Below are positions 57,201 to 64,000 of a stretch of DNA of 64,000 nucleotides, one piece after another (position 1 is the first letter of the stretch; each line of letters begins with the position of its first letter). The stretch is from Flavobacteriales bacterium (GTDB lineage: Bacteria; Bacteroidota; Bacteroidia; Flavobacteriales_D; JBKBNH01): assembly GCA_046295395.1 (NCBI GenBank), contig JBKBNH010000002.1, forward strand, positions 142,056 through 206,055, given 5' to 3'. The position numbers and the translations under genes are program-made. The notes under the pieces are model-generated. The model searched no databases and was not told the DNA's origin. It saw only the letters and a list, made by a program, of their open reading frames with translations.

Positions 57201-58100
57201 GTAATTGCAGGAGTAATCGGAGAAAAGCGAATTGCATACGACATTTGGGGCAACACAGTAAACGTGGCAAGTCGGATGGAAAGCAGCGGAATGCTCGGAA
57301 AGGTAAACATATCGGGGGCAACCTACGAACACATAAAACCCTATTTTGATGTAGTATACAGGGGTAAGATTATGGCCAAAAATAAAGGCCATATCGACAT
57401 GTACTTTGTTGAGCGAATTAAGCCGGGGCTTTCGGAAGACGAGGGGGGCACTGTTCCAAACGCTAAGTTTTGGGAATACCTGAATTTACATGTGTTCAGC
57501 AGTATAAACTACCACAAGGCAGAAAGGCATATTATGAAAATATTGGTAGAAAAATTATCACCAAATCTTCATTATCATGGCATTCATCATACGGCAGATG
57601 TTGTTCAGGCTGTTGAAAGAATTGCCATAATGGAAGGGGTGGTAGACGAACATATATTTGTTTTGAAATCAGCAGCAACATACCATGACGCCGGTTTTGT
57701 AGAACAATACGAACACAACGAACCTGTAGGGGCAAAAATGGCCGAAGAAATCTTGCCTCTTTATGGATACACAAAAGAACAAATCCAACAGGTAAAAGAG
57801 TTAATTTATTCAACCATTATACCCCATAACCCCAAAAATAAACTGGAAGAAATTATCTGCGATGCAGATTTAGACTATCTGGGAAGAGATGATTTTCACG
57901 ATATAGCCGATTCTTTAAGGCGTGAATTGAGAGATCATGGAAAATTAAACAGTGATAGACTTTGGGATGAGATTCAGGTGAAATTTTTAACCGCACATAA
58001 ATACTTTACAGACTCTGCAAAAAGACTCAGAGATCCAAAAAAACAAAAGCATCTGGAAGAAATAAAACAACGCTTAATAGAAAACAAGTACAACGATTAG
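54204..58100 (+). CDS. Periplasmic two-component-regulator propeller + Y_Y_Y sensor fused to a class III adenylate cyclase and a C-terminal HD domain
   Basis: 1298 aa with a signal peptide and many Reg_prop repeats (GYMWFGTQDGLNRYDG etc.). Y_Y_Y domain (NKYKFILEGYEE...YSNLPPGEYTFKVFGSNSDGIWS). One TM helix at about 56590-56660, then a coiled coil. Cyclase core at about 56870-57420 (VTVMFTDIIGFT, KTIGDSYMAAGG, YDIWGNTVNVASRMES). HD domain at about 57560-57900 (HGIHHTADV, TYHDAGF, CDADLDYLGRDDF). Confidence 0.85.
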   Translation: MTKPNKINSSIKRALINLIRAFVFIGLACGQAQHSIKFDNISLNEGLSQSTISAIIQDSQGYMWFGTQDGLNRYDGYRFKIYKHDPDISTSISGNFIKCIMEDGDYLWIGTETGGVNRYEKSRDVFRTFDHIDQLRHSAVTALAKDKSGKIWIGTDDNGLISFSPKEGRVEHFNENNGLMSNNIKGLKFLPEGFLLIGQLDGQLQYLNVKENKLKTVKDNKIYGSNFYSFETSKNGQTLVGTDRGVITLQIENNEPTIKKRIYPVEQASSLLLQNDSTLWAATEGFGLFKIDLNKSKTNNYRYDPLNRKSIAENLIFSVFQDRSGCIWIGTNNGLSKFDPIKQFFNHIAPEPDNPKGLNDKTIWAIAKDKRNRLWVATSKGLSRVDENSLVAVNYPFVGNNPNLPNNNNVYSVLPEDDFLWLGTVDGFYKLNFSNDKLEKVNLGEFEQTADKRIYHITKDKNGNIWLGAKEGLCFYNVKDRTTAHFKSSPSKNKSLPGRTVRAVHVDSKGNLWVGTEGGGLGFVSSDQITTQPKELSFDVYSASSADYKALNNNIITTIFEDQDGTLWLGTYGGGLNALNPKTGKFRRYTEKEGLSNNVVYAILSENENALWMSTNFGLSRLEKATGAFKVFLEKDGLQSNEFNIGAAYRAKDGKLYFGGINGLNSFYSTQITENRIPPEVLITGILLFNQPIKIGPSSPLQTDVSFAQEIALKHRQNNLTIEYAALHFSNSANNKYKFILEGYEEQMNYVSDVKRAHYSNLPPGEYTFKVFGSNSDGIWSQSPAKLRIVILPPYYATWWFRGILGIVLLLVVYTFYQLRIRTIRLQKQKLSELVEKRTATIRKQKEMMEEQKLQLELEKEKSDKLLINILPAETAEELKNHGKATTRTYRLVTVMFTDIIGFTQIAEKMNPVDLVKRLDEYFREFDKIIERNKIEKIKTIGDSYMAAGGVPIRNKENPVYTVLAALQIQKLMRDKKEEAITKGEADPWDLRVGIHTGDVIAGVIGEKRIAYDIWGNTVNVASRMESSGMLGKVNISGATYEHIKPYFDVVYRGKIMAKNKGHIDMYFVERIKPGLSEDEGGTVPNAKFWEYLNLHVFSSINYHKAERHIMKILVEKLSPNLHYHGIHHTADVVQAVERIAIMEGVVDEHIFVLKSAATYHDAGFVEQYEHNEPVGAKMAEEILPLYGYTKEQIQQVKELIYSTIIPHNPKNKLEEIICDADLDYLGRDDFHDIADSLRRELRDHGKLNSDRLWDEIQVKFLTAHKYFTDSAKRLRDPKKQKHLEEIKQRLIENKYND

Positions 58101-58108
58101 TAAACAAA

Positions 58109-58128
58109 AAAGCCTTTATAGGCTTTTT
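58109..58128 (+). terminator. Rho-independent terminator after the cyclase gene
   Basis: Stem AAAGCCT (58109-58115) pairs with AGGCTTT (58120-58126) around loop TTAT, running into a T-run. Confidence 0.7.
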
Positions 58129-58357
58129 ATTTCTTTACGGTTACTAAGGCCATTACGTTGCCCAAGTGGTTGGTGAGTTCGTATTCTTTGAGCCCTAATT
58201 TACGCTTATATTTTAAAAAAGGTTGTTCGTCTAAAGCAATAAATCCATATTGAGTCTTTTTTGCCAAGGTGGCGTTGGCTCGCCTTAGACCCAGCCGACT
58301 GCTGCCGTAGAGGTGCTGCTCGGCTATTACAATGGCAAACAGAGGTTTTTTATCATA
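58127..58357 (-). pseudogene. Isolated fragment of an RHS/YD-repeat protein (RHS repeat-associated core region)
   Basis: 76-codon open frame without a start: YDKKPLFAIVIAEQHLYGSSRLGLRRANATLAKKTQYGFIALDEQPFLKYKRKLGLKEYELTNHLGNVMALVTVKK*. LYGSSRLG and YELTNHLGNV are hallmark RHS-core/YD motifs. No repeat array lies upstream and no toxin tip downstream. Confidence 0.6.
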
Positions 58358-58563
58358 TTACACACGAAGACAAGAGGGCAACGGGAAAATTGGTGATTTC
58401 GGCAAGGCAGACTGTTAGACACATCGCAGCAGTAATTACATTAGTTAAACAGCAATTTAAATTACTGTTTTTGCTCAAGGCTTTTTAACCATCGAATACC
58501 GAAACGTGATATTTTTAATAAATTAGCATTGGCAAATGTTGTGGTTTAGCACAAAAAACGCCA

Positions 58564-59517
58564 ATGAAAAAATGGATAGAAAAACGGCTTCCCGATAACG
58601 ATTTCGAGAGATTCTGGAAAGTTGTTGTTGCTATAGCAATAATTGCGTTGGCGCTAACGCTGATTGGAATCTATGGGTTTAAACAATACGGCTTGGCTGT
58701 TTTTGTTGTTACACCTCTTTTTATCGGTTTGGGGTCTGCCATTTTATTTGGGCTTAAGAAAGGAATAATGTTTAATCAGTCATGGAAAATAGGTTTTTTG
58801 TCTTTAACCCTATTTATACTTTTCCTATTAATTTTTGGTTTAGAAGGTTTAGTGTGCATTGCAATGGCTGCGCCTTTTGGTTTTATTATAACTTGGATTG
58901 GTAGCTCAATAGGCTTTTTCATCGTGAACAAAAAACCTAAAAAAGGACCTTCTGCCCTGTTTCCATTAACGGCATTTATAGAAAAAAATCAAAAACCAGC
59001 ACTTACTTCAGTAGTTACATCAATAGAAATAGGTGCCGACATACACACGGTATGGAAAAACGTGATAGAATTTCCGCAGCTTGATGAGCCAACAGAATTT
59101 ATTTTTAAAACAGGGATTGCCTATCCCATTGATGCGAAAATTGAAGGAGCAGGAGTTGGAGAAATTAGACATTGCAATTTTACCACAGGAAGTTTTGTAG
59201 AGCCGATTACTGTTTGGGATGAACCAAGTCTTCTGAAATTCGACGTGGTTGAGCAGCCCGAACCCATGAAAGAATTAAGTTTTTGGGATATAGATGCCCC
59301 ACATCTACATGATTATTTCGTCTCAAACCAAGGCCAGTTTAAATTGACGAAACTGCCCGGCGAGAATACACTTTTAGAAGGCACAACGTGGTATTACCAC
59401 AATATTAGCCCGGCATTTTATTGGCAATTTTGGAGCGACTATATTATTCACAAAATTCATTTTAGAGCATTGACCCACATTAAGAAAAACGCAGAAAAGG
59501 AAGCGAAAGAAAATTAG
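58564..59517 (+). CDS. Membrane-anchored SRPBCC (START/polyketide-cyclase-like) domain protein
   Basis: Four N-terminal TM helices, then SIEIGADIHTVWKNVIEFPQLDEP...GEIRHCNFTTGSFVEPITVWDEPSLLKFDV, typical of SRPBCC ligand-binding folds. Confidence 0.55.
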   Translation: MKKWIEKRLPDNDFERFWKVVVAIAIIALALTLIGIYGFKQYGLAVFVVTPLFIGLGSAILFGLKKGIMFNQSWKIGFLSLTLFILFLLIFGLEGLVCIAMAAPFGFIITWIGSSIGFFIVNKKPKKGPSALFPLTAFIEKNQKPALTSVVTSIEIGADIHTVWKNVIEFPQLDEPTEFIFKTGIAYPIDAKIEGAGVGEIRHCNFTTGSFVEPITVWDEPSLLKFDVVEQPEPMKELSFWDIDAPHLHDYFVSNQGQFKLTKLPGENTLLEGTTWYYHNISPAFYWQFWSDYIIHKIHFRALTHIKKNAEKEAKEN

Positions 59518-59561
59518 TTTAACCCAAATTATGCAGTTTCTACTGCATAATTTGGGTTAAA
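59518..59561. repeat. Long perfect hairpin (16-19 bp stem) immediately after the SRPBCC gene
   Basis: AACCCAAATTATGCAG (59521-59536) pairs perfectly with CTGCATAATTTGGGTT (59543-59558) around loop TTTCTA. Flanking TTT/AAA extends the stem. There is no canonical T-run. Confidence 0.6.
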
Positions 59562-59918
59562 GGTGGGAATGATTTGCGAGGCATTTAATCCCTTAAACCC
59601 AGAACAAAATCATATTCAATTACACACGCAATTATTTGAAGAGTGGGAAAAAGTTGACTATACCGTTGGTCAAACTATTGCTATATATGGAACGAGATAG
59701 TTTTGAAATAATAAGATTGCGCTTTAGAATGTCTATTAATGGAAAAAATTATAGAGGCATTCAAAATCCTTTTGTATTTACAAAAGGATTTACCCCAAAA
59801 GATTGGGTCAAGCACTCTCAAGAGAGGATATTCGAAATCCGAGATTCGAGTTTTAAATATCTATTGGCTACTCATTCCCCCTGTGGGGGGATAAAGGGGG
59901 CTATTCGCTTCTCCGAAG

Positions 59919-60716
59919 CTACGTCGCTTTTTGTTTGGCAATCATTTTAAAGAAGTAGCGAGGAAAAAAACGTTTGATTTTTACAGCGAAGAGTTCTTTT
60001 CCGCCGGCAAAAATTTCCGGGCGGTTTTTTTCCATTCCCGCCAGTATTTGTCGGGCGCAGCGTTCGGCAGAAATGCCGCCGGCCTGTTTTTCATCCATTT
60101 GCCCGTGAACTTCGCCACTAGCGGTAAGAGCGCTTAGCGAAATGGGCGTGTTAATTATACCCGGATAAATCGTATTTACTTTTAGTCCGTTGGGCAATTC
60201 TTCCAGTCGCAGCGACTCGTAAAACCCTTGCAGGGCGTGTTTACTGGCTGCATAAGCCGAACGTAGAAAAAACCCGAATTTTCCCGATATACTGCTTACC
60301 ACGGCTATTTGTCCCGAGCCATTTGCGCGAAAATGAGGCAGCAGGGCTTTGGTGAGGGCTATGTTTCCAAAATAATTCACCTCCATAATTTGGCGGTCAA
60401 TTTCAACCGGGGTTTCGTGAGCAGCGCTCCGTTGGCTGATGCCTCCGTTGTTTATCAGGACATCCACTTTTCCGCTAAACGAAATGGCCTTTTCTGTTTG
60501 CGCACCAAAAGAGGGGATATCGGTAAGGTCGAATGGCAAAACAAAAGCCTTATCGGGTTGAGTGCAATTGTTTTTTACAGCTTGTAACTTGTCTTTGCTG
60601 CGGGCAGAAAGTATAACGCTTGCTCCCCGCTTGCTTAGTTCAAGCGCCAATGCTTGCCCTATCCCTGAGCCTGCTCCGGTAATCCACACGGTTTTATTTT
60701 TCCAATATGCCGACAT
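59919..60716 (-). CDS. Short-chain dehydrogenase/reductase (SDR family)
   Basis: TGAGSGIGQALA cofactor motif, NNGG, and the catalytic YAASKHAL (YxxxK) motif; 265 aa. Confidence 0.9.
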   Translation of the reverse strand: MSAYWKNKTVWITGAGSGIGQALALELSKRGASVILSARSKDKLQAVKNNCTQPDKAFVLPFDLTDIPSFGAQTEKAISFSGKVDVLINNGGISQRSAAHETPVEIDRQIMEVNYFGNIALTKALLPHFRANGSGQIAVVSSISGKFGFFLRSAYAASKHALQGFYESLRLEELPNGLKVNTIYPGIINTPISLSALTASGEVHGQMDEKQAGGISAERCARQILAGMEKNRPEIFAGGKELFAVKIKRFFPRYFFKMIAKQKAT

Positions 60717-60926
60717 AGTGTTTGTGTTTTGTCTCTGCGGTAAAATTTGCCTTTCTCGATACTTTTTCCGTAGAAAAAAACTCGAACGGACATTTTTTTA
60801 GTAGCATAAGAGGGTTTATTTTTCTTGTATTACATTAAAAAGGGGTCATATTTTCCTCCTCAAATCGAAAATTATTATCGTTTTTTTCGATTTCAATCGC
60901 TAAACGTTATGTTTTTCAAACGAAAG

Positions 60927-62936
60927 TTACAACAGTCCTTCATCCACCATATTGGGCAAGGTGATTTTCAATCCGGGCGTGCGCTCCATTTCCCGTTTGA
61001 TGGTAAAAATGGCTTCGTCGTTTCTTGCCCAAGCACGGCGAGCAATTCCGTTATTCACATCCCAAAACAGCATTTGTTTCAGCCTTCTGTTGCTATCGGC
61101 AGAGCCGTCTAGCAACATTCCGAAGCCGCCGTTAATCACTTCGCCCCAACCTACACCACCACCGTTGTGCAGCGAAATCCAAGTAGCGCCTCGAAATCCG
61201 TCGCCCACAAAATTCTGAACGGCCATATCGGCAGTAAAACGGGAGCCGTCGTATATATTGCTTGTTTCACGGTAGGGCGAGTCGGTACCCGACACATCGT
61301 GGTGGTCGCGCCCCAATACTACCGGGCCTATTTTTCCGGCGGCAATGGCTTTGTTAATGGCCTCGGCAATTTTTACCCTTCCTTCGGCATCGGCATACAA
61401 AATTCGGGCTTGCGAGCCCACTACCATTTTGTTTTTTCCGGCTTCTTTTATCCATTTTATGTTGTCGGCCATTTGTTGTTTAATTTCCTGAGGAGCGGTT
61501 TGCATCATCTCTTCCAGTACTTGAGCGGCGATGGCATCGGTAGCTTGCAAATCCTCCGGTTTACCCGAGCAGCACACCCAGCGGAAGGGGCCAAACCCGT
61601 AGTCGAAGCACATCGGACCCAATATATCTTGCACGTAAGAGGGATATCTAAACTCCTTTCCACTGCCTTTTACATTAGCTCCTGCACGGGATGCTTCCAG
61701 TAAGAAAGCATTGCCATAGTCGAAAAAGTACATTCCTTTTGTCGTAAGCTTATTGATGGCGGCGGCGTGCCTGCGCAGCGATTCTTCCACGACGGCTTTG
61801 AATTTTTCGGGCTTCTCGGCCATCATACGGTTGCTTTCTTCGTACGAATAACCCACCGGATAATAGCCCCCTGCCCACGGGTTGTGCAGCGAGGTTTGGT
61901 CGGAACCCAACTCTACGTGAAAATCGGCTTCTGCTAGTTTTTCCCAAAGGTCAACCACGTTGCCTAGGTAAGCAATGGACACAATTTCGTTGTTTTCACG
62001 GGCTTTTTTCACCCGGTTCATCACGGCATCTATATCTTCAATTACTTCGTCCACCCAGCCCTGTTCGTGGCGTTTATAAGCCGCTTTGGGGTTCACTTCG
62101 GCAGTAATGCTGATTACTTCGGCAATATTTCCGGCCTTGGGTTGCGCCCCACTCATTCCGCCCAACCCTGCGGTAACGAAAAGCGTTCCTTTTGGTGCGG
62201 AGGCACTGCGGGAAATCATTCTCGTGGCATTCATCACGGTGATGGTGGTGCCGTGTACGATGCCTTGCGGGCCTATGTACATATAGCTTCCGGCGGTCAT
62301 TTGTCCGTATTGGGTTACGCCCAAAGCATTGTATTTTTCCCAGTCATCGGGTTTGGAATAGTTAGGAATCATCATCCCGTTGGTTACTACAACTCGCGGG
62401 GCATCCTTGTGTGAAGGGAAAAGTCCCATAGGGTGGCCGCTGTACATAACCAGGGTTTGCTCTTCGGTCATCTCGGCCAGGTATTTCATTGTGAGCAGGT
62501 ACTGCGCCCAGTTTTGAAAAACAGCGCCGTTGCCACCGTAAGTAATCAACTCGTAAGGATGTTGTGCTACGGCGGGGTCGAGGTTGTTTTGTATCATCAG
62601 CATAATGGCTTTAGCCTGCTGACATTGACCCGGATATTCCTCTATGGGGCGAGCAAATATTTCGTAATCGGGGCGGAAACGGTACATATAAATGCGGCCG
62701 TACTTTTCCAACTCCTCGGCAAATTCTGTAGCTAAAGTAGCGTGGTGTTTTTTATCGAAATAGCGCAAGGCGTTGCGCAGGGCGAGTTTTTTCTCCTCGG
62801 CATTGAGTATTTCTTTGCGTTTTGGAGCGCGGTTTATGGTTGGGTCAAAGGGTTTTGGCGGTGGCAATTCAGCAGAGATACCCGCTAATATTTGCTTTTG
62901 AAAGTCTGTTTGTGAAATAGTGTTGGCTGTATTCAT
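60927..62936 (-). CDS. hutU: Urocanate hydratase
   Basis: 669 aa, collinear urocanase pattern (GGMSGAQP, GLGGMSGAQPKAG NAD site, LHNGGGVGWGE). It is the long Bacteroidetes-type form. Confidence 0.9.
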   Translation of the reverse strand: MNTANTISQTDFQKQILAGISAELPPPKPFDPTINRAPKRKEILNAEEKKLALRNALRYFDKKHHATLATEFAEELEKYGRIYMYRFRPDYEIFARPIEEYPGQCQQAKAIMLMIQNNLDPAVAQHPYELITYGGNGAVFQNWAQYLLTMKYLAEMTEEQTLVMYSGHPMGLFPSHKDAPRVVVTNGMMIPNYSKPDDWEKYNALGVTQYGQMTAGSYMYIGPQGIVHGTTITVMNATRMISRSASAPKGTLFVTAGLGGMSGAQPKAGNIAEVISITAEVNPKAAYKRHEQGWVDEVIEDIDAVMNRVKKARENNEIVSIAYLGNVVDLWEKLAEADFHVELGSDQTSLHNPWAGGYYPVGYSYEESNRMMAEKPEKFKAVVEESLRRHAAAINKLTTKGMYFFDYGNAFLLEASRAGANVKGSGKEFRYPSYVQDILGPMCFDYGFGPFRWVCCSGKPEDLQATDAIAAQVLEEMMQTAPQEIKQQMADNIKWIKEAGKNKMVVGSQARILYADAEGRVKIAEAINKAIAAGKIGPVVLGRDHHDVSGTDSPYRETSNIYDGSRFTADMAVQNFVGDGFRGATWISLHNGGGVGWGEVINGGFGMLLDGSADSNRRLKQMLFWDVNNGIARRAWARNDEAIFTIKREMERTPGLKITLPNMVDEGLL

Positions 62937-63054
62937 GGGTTTTTATTTCTGAGGGGTAAAGATAAGAAGTAATTCATGGAAAGCGGGAGCAATTTTACAA
63001 CTAACCTTAGGTAATTCTGCCTGAAACAATTCGTGTTTTTTATCGGTAAATTTC

Positions 63055-63062
63055 TATTTTTG
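63055..63062 (+). promoter_or_regulatory. Bacteroidetes-type -7 promoter box (TAnnTTTG)
   Basis: TATTTTTG lies 20 nt upstream of the ATG at 63082. Confidence 0.45.
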
Positions 63063-63081
63063 ATAGACAAAACACAACCTT

Positions 63082-64000
63082 ATGCAAAGAGTTCTCGGAC
63101 TATTTTTTTTACTTTTTCTAGTAAAACATACACAAAGTCAAACCATTAAGTCTGTTCATCAGGAGCAAGCAGAAGAATATACTTCTTTGGGTTTTGACGA
63201 TATGTATTACGAGTCCAATAATCAGGCGGCTACGATACAAAAATCAGCAAGAAATTGCTCTGCAAACAAAGTTGTATACGGCTGGCACCCTTACTGGAGT
63301 AATGGATTGCAAATAAATTACGATTGGAACCTATTATCGCATTTGTGTTATTTTTCTTACGAAGTAGATGCCAATACGGGAAACGCCATTAACACCTATA
63401 ATTTTGCCACTACGCCGGTTGTGACTACTGCGCTAAACAATGGAGTGAAGGTACACCTGTGTGTTACGCTTTTTTCAAATCATACTACTTTTTTTGGTAA
63501 TCCCACAGCTCGACAAACGCTTATTACAAACCTGATTAATATGATACAGGCAAGGGGTGCGCATGGGGTAAACATTGACTTTGAAAGCATGGCATCGTCT
63601 CAGTCGGCAAATTACACGGCATTTATGATTGACCTATGCAACCAAATGCACGCTGCCATTCCGGGTTCAGAAGTAACTACCGCACTTCACGCAGTAGATT
63701 GGAGCGGTTTTTACGACATGGCTGTTTTAAATAATTATGTAGACTACTTCATGATTATGGGCTACGATTATTATTGGAGTGGAAGCAATCCCGCCGGGCC
63801 TAATGATCCGCTGTTTCATTTTGGCAGCACCTACGATTACAATTTATCTAAGTCTACTACTTACTACCAGCATCAAGGGGCATCTTTATCAAAACTAGTG
63901 ATGGGGCTTCCTTACTATGGCAGAGACTGGCCGGTGAGCTCCTTTTCGCTGCCCGCGCCAACCACGGGCACAGGTGTTTCAAGAACCTACAAGGTAGTGA
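63082..64000 (+). CDS. Glycoside hydrolase family 18 (chitinase-like) protein, N-terminal part (runs off window)
   Basis: My own translation from the ATG at 63082: MQRVLGLFFLLFLVKHTQSQ (signal peptide)...VVYGWHPYWS...ARGAHGVNIDFES (GH18 DxxDxDxE-type catalytic strand, here GVNIDFE)...MGYDYYW...MGLPYYGRDW. The frame is open to the window end. This ORF is not in the supplied ORF track. Confidence 0.75.
   Translation, partial: MQRVLGLFFLLFLVKHTQSQTIKSVHQEQAEEYTSLGFDDMYYESNNQAATIQKSARNCSANKVVYGWHPYWSNGLQINYDWNLLSHLCYFSYEVDANTGNAINTYNFATTPVVTTALNNGVKVHLCVTLFSNHTTFFGNPTARQTLITNLINMIQARGAHGVNIDFESMASSQSANYTAFMIDLCNQMHAAIPGSEVTTALHAVDWSGFYDMAVLNNYVDYFMIMGYDYYWSGSNPAGPNDPLFHFGSTYDYNLSKSTTYYQHQGASLSKLVMGLPYYGRDWPVSSFSLPAPTTGTGVSRTYKVV

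Noticed and set aside
58261-58488. 75-aa plus-strand ORF (MPRWRWLALDPADCCRR...)
   Set aside because: It is antisense to the RHS-core fragment, Arg/Trp-rich, and has no support.
59636-59950. 104-aa plus-strand ORF between the SRPBCC and SDR genes
   Set aside because: It has no motifs, spans three palindromes, and overlaps the 3' end of the convergent SDR gene. It is treated as non-coding or decayed sequence.
60952-62735. Plus-strand ORFs (61167-61703, 62067-62414, 62433-62735 and others) opposite hutU
   Set aside because: They are antisense shadows of the urocanase gene.
1-64000. Whole-window scan for CRISPR arrays, rRNA genes and additional tRNAs (GTTCGAATC-type T-arms)
   Set aside because: No regularly spaced direct repeats and no rRNA-like sequence were seen by eye. 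Only the tRNA-Cys at 29705-29775 was found. A computational scan (tRNAscan-SE, Infernal) would be needed to be certain.

Overview
This 64-kb window appears to be chromosomal DNA from a Bacteroidota (Flavobacteriia/Cytophagia-like) genome. Supporting evidence: several T9SS cargo proteins with type B (CHU_C/gliding) and type A (Por tail) C-terminal sorting domains, a GldA-like ABC ATPase, a DUF3078 outer-membrane protein, carotenoid genes (crtZ plus a fused lycopene-cyclase-domain gene), and TAnnTTTG -7 promoter boxes 18-40 nt upstream of several start codons. Housekeeping genes are mnmG, gltX, folB, tRNA-Cys(GCA), rnr, rpiB, hutU, ferritin and an ALDH7-type dehydrogenase. Between them lie signalling genes and more AT-rich accessory segments. 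No CRISPR array, rRNA, intact IS or recognisable prophage or defence cassette was found. Main observations: (1) two canonical parS sites at the 3' end of mnmG, which suggests the window lies in the origin-proximal ParB domain; (2) a six-gene, near-gapless operon at 48959-58100 encoding a YfiR-like protein, an exported TPR-like protein, a HAMP-PP2C phosphatase, NfeD, flotillin, and a 1298-aa propeller/Y_Y_Y sensor fused to a class III adenylate cyclase and an HD domain; (3) a four-gene operon at 17819-23041 encoding a ThiF/Rv1355c-type E1-like enzyme, an unknown GNAT-like protein, a 7TMR-DISM kinase and a REC-PAS-HisKA_3 kinase; (4) a Sec-exported WD40-caspase fusion; (5) an ECF sigma factor paired with a membrane-anchored protein that ends in a T9SS type B domain; (6) ferritin flanked by a sorting-domain-only mini-protein and an orphan sorting-domain fragment; (7) decay products, namely a transposase remnant, an RHS-core fragment and a frameshifted T9SS gene, which mark probable acquired or eroding segments. 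All functional calls come from reading motifs by eye. No database search was run.
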